DNA of 10,615 bases from an uncultured Pseudomonadota bacterium. Its GTDB lineage: Bacteria; BMS3Abin14. The stretch is from NCBI GenBank assembly GCA_964454175.1, contig CAYVSA010000028.1:12151-22765 (forward strand), written 5' to 3'. The notes below the pieces were generated by a model. That model worked only from the letters and a program-made list of their open reading frames with translations. It was not told the origin of the DNA and searched no databases. Every line of letters starts with the position of its first letter. Position 1 is the stretch's first letter. Below are positions 1 through 5,706 of this stretch, piece by piece. A program made the position numbers and the translations under genes.

Positions 1-480
1 AGAGGCCCGTATAGAAAGCTTTCCAGGATAAGGAAGGATGCTGAAAAGTATCCGAAGTTAGTGGATGCAGTTCTGAAAGCTGACACAGGAAAGCTCCTGG
101 CGGCGCTGAGGGGGGCTCTCAGGGGCAAGGTTGACGTCCACGGAATCATGCTAGTGGTTAAATATTCCAGGATGCAGCTTGTCGCTGTGGATGACGACAC
201 CACATTTACACATGTTTACAAACAGTATACTGGCCAGACCGTCAGCGGTGGATATGTCTACAACAATTATCTTGTCACCTACCAGACCCTTACTACCGGC
301 TACACGGAACTTGAGCAGCGGTCAAAGATCCAGACAGCAATATTTTATACTCCTCTTTCAGGAATCCCGTCAAAGTACGACTCTGATACATCGCCAGCCA
401 GGTTGGTAAAAGGATCGGGGATTTACCTTAACGACAACCGCAAAAGTGAGATGGTTGAGTTCGTGGGGAAAGGAAAGTAG
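1..480 (+). CDS. Hypothetical protein, C-terminal part (5' end outside window)
   Basis: Frame 1 is open from base 1 (RGPYRKLSRIRKDAEKYPKLVDAVLK...) to TAG at 478-480, so the GTG at 61 is probably not the true start. No recognisable motif. Followed by a terminator-like hairpin. Confidence 0.6.
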   Translation, partial: RGPYRKLSRIRKDAEKYPKLVDAVLKADTGKLLAALRGALRGKVDVHGIMLVVKYSRMQLVAVDDDTTFTHVYKQYTGQTVSGGYVYNNYLVTYQTLTTGYTELEQRSKIQTAIFYTPLSGIPSKYDSDTSPARLVKGSGIYLNDNRKSEMVEFVGKGK

Positions 481-521
481 TATTTTTGCGAGAGATTTAT
501 CACTATCCAGGAAGACCTGCA

Positions 522-553
522 AACCGCCTTCGGTGTGAGGCGGTTCTTGTTAT
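522..553 (+). terminator. Putative intrinsic terminator hairpin
   Basis: AACCGCCT (522-529) pairs perfectly with AGGCGGTT (538-545), plus a U-G closing pair and a 6-nt loop, followed by the T-rich CTTGTTAT. It lies about 40 nt after the stop of the first ORF. The U-tract is imperfect. Confidence 0.6.
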
Positions 554-572
554 GTCTAACAGGGAGTCGATC

Positions 573-1949
573 ATGAGGCGTGTAATTACCGTATTAATTG
601 TTCTCGGAGTTTTAACTGGGCTTTTTGTTCTCGGCGCTGGATGCGGTGGCGCAGGGGGCGGGGGAGGCGGTGATCTGCCAGACCTGCCTGAAACACCGGG
701 ATCTGTTGGTGGCGGAGTTCAGGAAGGCACCTTCACGGTAACAGCTTTGGATCGGTATTCCGGTTCGCCAGTCATTGGCGCCAATGTCTATGTGGCCATT
801 GGTTCAAGTGCTTTCCATTTGCCGACAACCAGCACCGGCACCGCGGTGTTTCCTGGCCTAAGTCCGGGGCCGGTTACTGTTACGATCATCGCTGCTAGTT
901 ACATTCCCATCACGATCGTCGATATCGATGCAGCTGCAGTTACAATTCCCCTGGATGCAGATAGTTACTCATCAGCTTCTCACACAATCACTTTAAACGG
1001 TTTGACGACCCCAGTTATCGACGGCAGGGGGGCCATTGTCTGGAGCAACCCACGTGCAGGATTGGCCTTCAGTGTGATGGATGGAGGGTCAGGTAACCCC
1101 GTTACTTATCCCGATCCGGTCGTGATCGATCTTGTGGATAATTGGCCCGTGGCTATTGTCAGCTACGTGTTCGATGCTTCCGAAGATCCGGACAACATCC
1201 TGCAGGCTTATATGGAGTACACGAGCGGTCCACCTTCCGGCGGCATTGAATTAAACCTCACATCAGGGAGCATGAAGCAGGTCTCCGGTTCGGTAATCGT
1301 GCCAGGAAGCTTTGATCTGACGATTCCCGGGGTAGATATAAATATTATTCCCTCAGCTCACCTCAAAGCTCTTGGGGATATTTTTGTGGGAGATGTTGTT
1401 GATCCATTTATCACCAGCAGCACTAATGCTGTTTTCGGTACACCCTATGCCAACGATATGAGGGTTGCCAGGATACCAAGGGACGGCGAGTACGCGTACG
1501 TCGCATATCTGGCAGACAGGAGCATAACTGATGAGGACAGAGTGACAATTCATGCCGTCCGTGGGAGTTATGACAGCCTTGGCACCACGGTAAACTTCGA
1601 CGATTTCAGGGCGACTGCCACCTCGTTGAGCGTTACTACAGGTACCCTGACTCCCACCATTTCCTGGACCAACACGGAAGCGCCGGGATTCAGTGGAGGT
1701 TACTTCCTCGTGGTTCTTGCGAATAATGATGCTGGTACCCTTGACTGGGCATTTATGGCCGATGGTGCTACCACATCGGTAACATTACCTGCTTATACAG
1801 GAAATGCGCTTGCCGACAGCACTGATTACAAAGCGTTCGTCAATGCGCTTTATATTCCCTCCTTCGATTTCGACAATTTCACCTACGAAGAATTTGAGGG
1901 AGGCTTTACGCATCAGACCAGCAAGGAATATAGTTTCACAACGCCGTAA
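573..1949 (+). CDS. Lipoprotein with carboxypeptidase-regulatory-like (Cna-B/Ig-type) domain and C-terminal Fn3-like beta-sandwich, 458 aa
   Basis: AGGGAG RBS at 561-566 precedes ATG 573, a better start than the track's 486. Signal peptide MRRVITVLIVLGVLTGLFVLGAG|C with lipobox, then Gly linker GGAGGGGGG. VTALDRYSGSPVIGANVYV...TGTAVFPGLSPGPVTVTIIAASY matches the CarboxypepD_reg-like pattern. C-terminal TPTISWTN...TSVTLP...STDYKAFVNA...YSFTTP is Fn3/Ig-like. Confidence 0.8.
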   Translation: MRRVITVLIVLGVLTGLFVLGAGCGGAGGGGGGDLPDLPETPGSVGGGVQEGTFTVTALDRYSGSPVIGANVYVAIGSSAFHLPTTSTGTAVFPGLSPGPVTVTIIAASYIPITIVDIDAAAVTIPLDADSYSSASHTITLNGLTTPVIDGRGAIVWSNPRAGLAFSVMDGGSGNPVTYPDPVVIDLVDNWPVAIVSYVFDASEDPDNILQAYMEYTSGPPSGGIELNLTSGSMKQVSGSVIVPGSFDLTIPGVDINIIPSAHLKALGDIFVGDVVDPFITSSTNAVFGTPYANDMRVARIPRDGEYAYVAYLADRSITDEDRVTIHAVRGSYDSLGTTVNFDDFRATATSLSVTTGTLTPTISWTNTEAPGFSGGYFLVVLANNDAGTLDWAFMADGATTSVTLPAYTGNALADSTDYKAFVNALYIPSFDFDNFTYEEFEGGFTHQTSKEYSFTTP

Positions 1950-1966
1950 TATCTGGGGATTGTTTA

Positions 1967-2023
1967 TGGGGTCGGACCTCTAGCGACCCCCCAGGAAAAG
2001 TAAGAATGTGAGGTCTGACCCCA
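1967..2023. repeat. REP-like imperfect inverted repeat (GGGGTC...GACCCC family)
   Basis: TGGGGTCGGACCTC (1967-1980) is the reverse complement of GAGGTCTGACCCCA (2010-2023) at 13/14 positions, the mismatch being a G-U wobble. An internal CGACCCC (1984-1990) can pair alternatively with GGGGTCG (1968-1974). Confidence 0.6.
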
Positions 2024-2047
2024 GGTATGCGTTTCTTGTGGAAACAT

Positions 2048-2076
2048 TTGCCATGTGATAAAAATGTCTAGATAAT
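2048..2076 (+). promoter_or_regulatory. Putative sigma70 promoter
   Basis: TTGCCA (2048-2053), exactly 17 nt, GATAAT (2071-2076). Both boxes match consensus at 5/6. It lies 35 nt upstream of ATG 2112, which has RBS GAGGTG (2101-2106). Confidence 0.6.
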
Positions 2077-2111
2077 CTGCGGTTTTGCGGTCTTTTCCGA
2101 GAGGTGAATCA

Positions 2112-3665
2112 ATGAGAAAAGTCTTCTTCTCGCTCCCTGTTCTTCTTTCTTTCCTGTTCTTCCTTGGAGGCTGTGGCACGGTTGGCGACGATGTTGCCCC
2201 CACTTCTGCGCTGACTGATCCTCCGGACAAGGTGTTCTTCAACGGTTCATCTGGAAAGGTCAGGTTCTCCGGGACCGCTTCGGACAACCTTTCCATCGAT
2301 ATCGTCCAGATCTCCTTTGACGATGGCACCACCTGGAAGACAGCTACCAAATCAGGATCAGGTTCATCCGTCACCTGGAGCTATCTGGCGACAGCAGGCC
2401 TCTTACCAGCCGGGGCCAATACGGTCAAATCAAAGGCCTTTGATAAAGCAGGCAACGTGGGAACTCCGGCAGATGCTGTGTCTGTCGATAGCACAATCAG
2501 CACCTCCGTTTCCACCCTCGAATCCATCGTCAGCAGCGGCACCTGGTCCACGATATACTTCTCTTCCGGCAGCGGCGATGCCTACGGAGACAGCTCAACA
2601 GCTGTTGTCCTGGAAAATACGGCTGCACTTATGATCCAGGGAAACGGCTACGGGCAGGCGATCACCTCGGCCAACTATTCGGCCTCTGACATGACTCCGG
2701 CAACCGTCCTGGAAACAACCTTTGCAGCCTCCCGTCTATTTTCCGTAGGACACGATCTGAGTATCAAGAACCTGAGAGTTGTTGGCGCCATCAGCGCTGT
2801 CGATGTTGCGGATGTTATATCCACCCTGGATGTGACTGTGGATGACAGCGTATTCACGGGACAGAAAGGTTTTGCCATCGATGCAGCAGACAGTAATGCT
2901 GGCGACTCAACGACTGTTTCGGTAAGTGTGACCGGCACAATGATAGACAACACTCTTTCTGATGCCAACGACAGGGGCGGAATTTCCCTCCAGAAAGTCA
3001 CCTTCGCCGTGGAAGATTCCATGGTTACAAACCAGTGGGCATTGCCCATCGGTGTGGGAGGTGGAATTTACGTTGATCTGGGTTCTGGTTATATCAACAG
3101 CAGTGTTTTCGTTGATAACTCCACGGCTATCTATGTTGCCAATGGTTCTCCGAGGATATCGTCATGCGTCATCACCGGATCAGGAACGTCACCATCTAAC
3201 GGGATAAGGTTTACCGGAGTGAGCGCAAGCCCCATTATCAGGTACAATACGATAAGCGCAAACACCGGCTTCGGTGTTGGTCTCCTGGGTAATTCCAGGC
3301 CGGTTTTCACCCACAACACGATTGCCAACAACGGCAACGCCGGGATTTATATCGATTTTGACTTCACCAACGCTAACGACGTGCCAGTGCTCGGAGATTG
3401 CACAGTCTTCAATATATGCCAATCCGGTGGAAGGAACGGTATATTTAACAACTCCCCCTACGAGGTCATTGTCACCAGCACCAGTTCCACCTGGATCCCC
3501 ATAAGTGCGGAAGGAAACTTCTGGGGAACGGGTAAAACCACTTCGGCCCTTGTGGACCTGGTGATTCAGGACGGGGACACTACACTTAATGGCGGTTCGG
3601 AGGATTTTCCCCTGGCGAGAGCATATCTGGACTTCTCACCCTTTGATCCCACTGATCCCAACTGA
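2112..3665 (+). CDS. Lipoprotein with bacterial Ig-like domain and right-handed parallel beta-helix (pectin-lyase-like, NosD/DUF1565-like), 517 aa
   Basis: RBS GAGGTG then ATG 2112. Signal MRKVFFSLPVLLSFLFFLGG|C. Ig-like APTSALTDP...FSGTASDN..IDIVQISFDDGTTWKTA...WSY...VKSKAFDKAGN. Beta-helix repeats (SPRISSCVITG, PIIRYNTISANTGFGV, PVFTHNTIANNGNAGIYI). C-terminal cap GNFWG...IQDGD...LDFSPF. Confidence 0.85.
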   Translation: MRKVFFSLPVLLSFLFFLGGCGTVGDDVAPTSALTDPPDKVFFNGSSGKVRFSGTASDNLSIDIVQISFDDGTTWKTATKSGSGSSVTWSYLATAGLLPAGANTVKSKAFDKAGNVGTPADAVSVDSTISTSVSTLESIVSSGTWSTIYFSSGSGDAYGDSSTAVVLENTAALMIQGNGYGQAITSANYSASDMTPATVLETTFAASRLFSVGHDLSIKNLRVVGAISAVDVADVISTLDVTVDDSVFTGQKGFAIDAADSNAGDSTTVSVSVTGTMIDNTLSDANDRGGISLQKVTFAVEDSMVTNQWALPIGVGGGIYVDLGSGYINSSVFVDNSTAIYVANGSPRISSCVITGSGTSPSNGIRFTGVSASPIIRYNTISANTGFGVGLLGNSRPVFTHNTIANNGNAGIYIDFDFTNANDVPVLGDCTVFNICQSGGRNGIFNNSPYEVIVTSTSSTWIPISAEGNFWGTGKTTSALVDLVIQDGDTTLNGGSEDFPLARAYLDFSPFDPTDPN

Positions 3666-3674
3666 GGCACGCTG

Positions 3675-4781
3675 ATGCTGGAGTCAACCGTCCACTTCAC
3701 AGATCTGCGGTCGAGAGTCGGCTACAACCTCCTGGACAAGACCAGGAAGCTGTTTGCGGCCAGCGGCTTTGCCGACTGTATAGACGAGGGCGACAGGGTA
3801 GCGGTAAAGCTCCATTTCGGCGAGGCTGGAAACACGGCCTTTTTGCCCCCGATGTACGCCCGGGTGATCGTCGAGGAGATTATAAAAGCCGGCGGCAAGC
3901 CCTTCGTCACCGACACGAACACGCTGTACAAGGGCAGCCGCGGTGACGCTATCGACCACCTGGAAACAGCAATTAAGAACGGCTTTACCTACGCGACGCT
4001 GGGCGCCCCTGTGATCATCGGAGACGGTCTGATCGGCCTCGATTACATCGCTGAAAGGATAAACGCGAAGCGGTTCGAGGAAGTGAAAATAGCGTCGGCA
4101 GTCTACCACGCAGACGCCATCGTAACCCTTGCCCACTTCACCGCCCACGAGCTGTTCGGTTTTGGAGGGGCGATTAAGAGCATCGGCATGGGCGGCGCCG
4201 CCCCCTCGGGAAAGCAGGAGATGCACTCGGACGTGCTCCCGGTGGTCGACTCTGAAAAGTGTACATCCTGCGGCAGATGCGTGAGGTGGTGTCCGGCAGA
4301 TTCGATCAGCCTGCAGGAGGGAATGACCGCTCAGATCATCGAGAGCATCTGTATCGGGTGCGGAGAGTGCACGGTGGTGTGCACCGACGGGGCGATCGCA
4401 GTGAACTGGAAGACGGACGTGCCGGCGCTCCACGAGAAGACGGTCGAGTATGCCTACGGCGTGCTGAAGAATAAACCGGGCAAGCACCTTTCGTTCAACT
4501 TCCTGGTGAACATGAGTCCGGACTGCGATTGCTATGATTTTAATGATCCCCCCTTCGTGGCGGATGTGGGAATAATGGTTTCAACAGACCCTGTGGCAGT
4601 TGATCAGGCCGCAGTTGACATGGCAAACCGTGCGCAGGGTCTGGGAGGCAGTAAACTGGAGGAGCTGGACGCTAAGGACAAGTTCAGGAGCGTTACCGGC
4701 ATCGACTGGGAACCGCTCCTGGCCCACGGTGAGGAAATCGGCCTGGGCAAGAGGGAGTACCGCATTGAAGAGATCGAGTAG
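3675..4781 (+). CDS. DUF362 domain Fe-S protein with 2x[4Fe-4S] ferredoxin insert (COG2768-like), 368 aa
   Basis: VAVKLHFGEAGN, PFVTDTNTLYKGSR and FGGAIKSIGMG family motifs. CTSCGRCVRWCP (4260-4295) and CIGCGECTVVCT (4350-4385) ferredoxin motifs. SPDCDC (CDC at 4524-4532), S-x-DPVAVDQA, and C-terminal GEEIGLGKREY. Confidence 0.9.
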   Translation: MLESTVHFTDLRSRVGYNLLDKTRKLFAASGFADCIDEGDRVAVKLHFGEAGNTAFLPPMYARVIVEEIIKAGGKPFVTDTNTLYKGSRGDAIDHLETAIKNGFTYATLGAPVIIGDGLIGLDYIAERINAKRFEEVKIASAVYHADAIVTLAHFTAHELFGFGGAIKSIGMGGAAPSGKQEMHSDVLPVVDSEKCTSCGRCVRWCPADSISLQEGMTAQIIESICIGCGECTVVCTDGAIAVNWKTDVPALHEKTVEYAYGVLKNKPGKHLSFNFLVNMSPDCDCYDFNDPPFVADVGIMVSTDPVAVDQAAVDMANRAQGLGGSKLEELDAKDKFRSVTGIDWEPLLAHGEEIGLGKREYRIEEIE

Positions 4782-5706
4782 GCTGATCGCGTCAGCTGCA
4801 CTAGCTGTTTCACTGGCCTTATCGGGTACGGCCCAGGCCGAGGAGATGAAGAAAACCATCAGGGCCGTACTGGTCCCGGAGCGAAACATCTTCAACCAGC
4901 ACATTAAGTATAACTACATGTGCGACTACGTCTGTGCGGTGATGCCGGTCAAGTTCAATTTCGGGGTCATGAAGGACTACAGGGATACCCTTGCCGCCCT
5001 TTACGACGGTGATGCCGAAGTGGCTGTACTGGGAAGCTTCCTCATGGCGCACGGGATCATTAAACACGGCTTCATCCCCCTTGTAAGGCCGGTCTGGGAG
5101 TCTGGAGAGTCAACATACAAGTCCGTCATATTCGCAAGAAAAGACTCCGGTTTGACCCGTGACCTGTCAACCTGGAAGGGCAGGTCCTTTACCTTCGCTA
5201 ACAAGCACACATCCGCAGGGTATTTCTATCCACTGTACCTGCTGAAAAAAAACGGAGTCGGCATGGAGCCGGAAAAATTCTTCTCCGTCATGAAGATAGC
5301 GGGGAGCCACGATGCCGCTATCTGGATGGTCTCCAACGGGTTTGCAGAAATAGGCGCTGCAAAGAACACCGTTTTTGAAGAGACGATGAAGAAAAATCCG
5401 GACCTGGGGAATATAATTGATGTGTTGTACGTTGGCGGAAAATTCCCGGACGCCACCTTTGCGGTATCGCCGGCAATGGAGCCAGAACTCAGGGAGCAGC
5501 TGCGAGATACCCTGCTCAATATGGACAAAACACCTGGAGGACTTAAAGCCCTTAAGAAATTCGGGGCCAGGAAGTTCATCCCCTGCGAGCTGAAGGATTA
5601 CGACACCGTCCTTGACGTAGTAGCAGCCGCCGGCTTCGATATAAGTACCATCGATGTAGTTGACCACTCGCCCAAAAAGCAGGACACAGAGGGCGGAAGA
5701 CCTTGA
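4765..5706 (+). CDS. PhnD/phosphonate-binding-family periplasmic substrate-binding protein (orphan, sensor-associated), 313 aa
   Basis: Proposed TTG start at 4765 (in frame with the 4600 ORF, AGGGAG at 4752-4757, 7-nt spacing) gives a clean Sec signal MKRSSRLIASAALAVSLALSGTAQA|EE. PhnD-family motifs: KDY..TLAALYDGDAEVA, STYKSVIFARKDSG, KGRSFTFANKHTSAGYFYP, GSHDAAIWMV, FPDATFAVSPAM...LRDTLLNM. Confidence 0.85.
   Translation: MKRSSRLIASAALAVSLALSGTAQAEEMKKTIRAVLVPERNIFNQHIKYNYMCDYVCAVMPVKFNFGVMKDYRDTLAALYDGDAEVAVLGSFLMAHGIIKHGFIPLVRPVWESGESTYKSVIFARKDSGLTRDLSTWKGRSFTFANKHTSAGYFYPLYLLKKNGVGMEPEKFFSVMKIAGSHDAAIWMVSNGFAEIGAAKNTVFEETMKKNPDLGNIIDVLYVGGKFPDATFAVSPAMEPELREQLRDTLLNMDKTPGGLKALKKFGARKFIPCELKDYDTVLDVVAAAGFDISTIDVVDHSPKKQDTEGGRP

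Noticed and set aside
495-560. Possible riboswitch upstream of the first lipoprotein
   Set aside because: No recognisable aptamer consensus (c-di-GMP-I/II, fluoride, SAM, TPP, cobalamin) and only about 40 nt between the upstream stop and the hairpin.
486-572. Track start (TTG 486) of the first lipoprotein
   Set aside because: Runs through the hairpin; ATG 573 has an RBS and begins the signal peptide. The same logic favours 2112 over 2085 for the second lipoprotein.
645-671. G-rich tract (G-quadruplex or phase-variation candidate)
   Set aside because: Explained by the poly-Gly linker after the lipoprotein Cys; the longest runs are only G5.
1964-2374. 136-aa minus-strand ORF spanning the intergenic palindrome
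   Set aside because: Mostly antisense to the beta-helix lipoprotein; its tail is just a translation of the promoter and palindrome.
3684-4487. 267-aa antisense ORF inside the DUF362 gene
   Set aside because: Fully antisense to a well-supported gene with GC-rich codon usage; no motifs; typical shadow ORF.
4600-4764. N-terminal extension of the binding-protein ORF given in the track
   Set aside because: Overlaps DUF362 by about 180 nt. TTG at 4765 has an RBS and yields a canonical signal peptide. ATG 4846 would remove the signal peptide.
4765-5706. phnD of a phosphonate ABC transporter
   Set aside because: No phnC/phnE or C-P lyase genes adjacent, the binding loop is altered, and the gene is coupled to a kinase, so the symbol is withheld.
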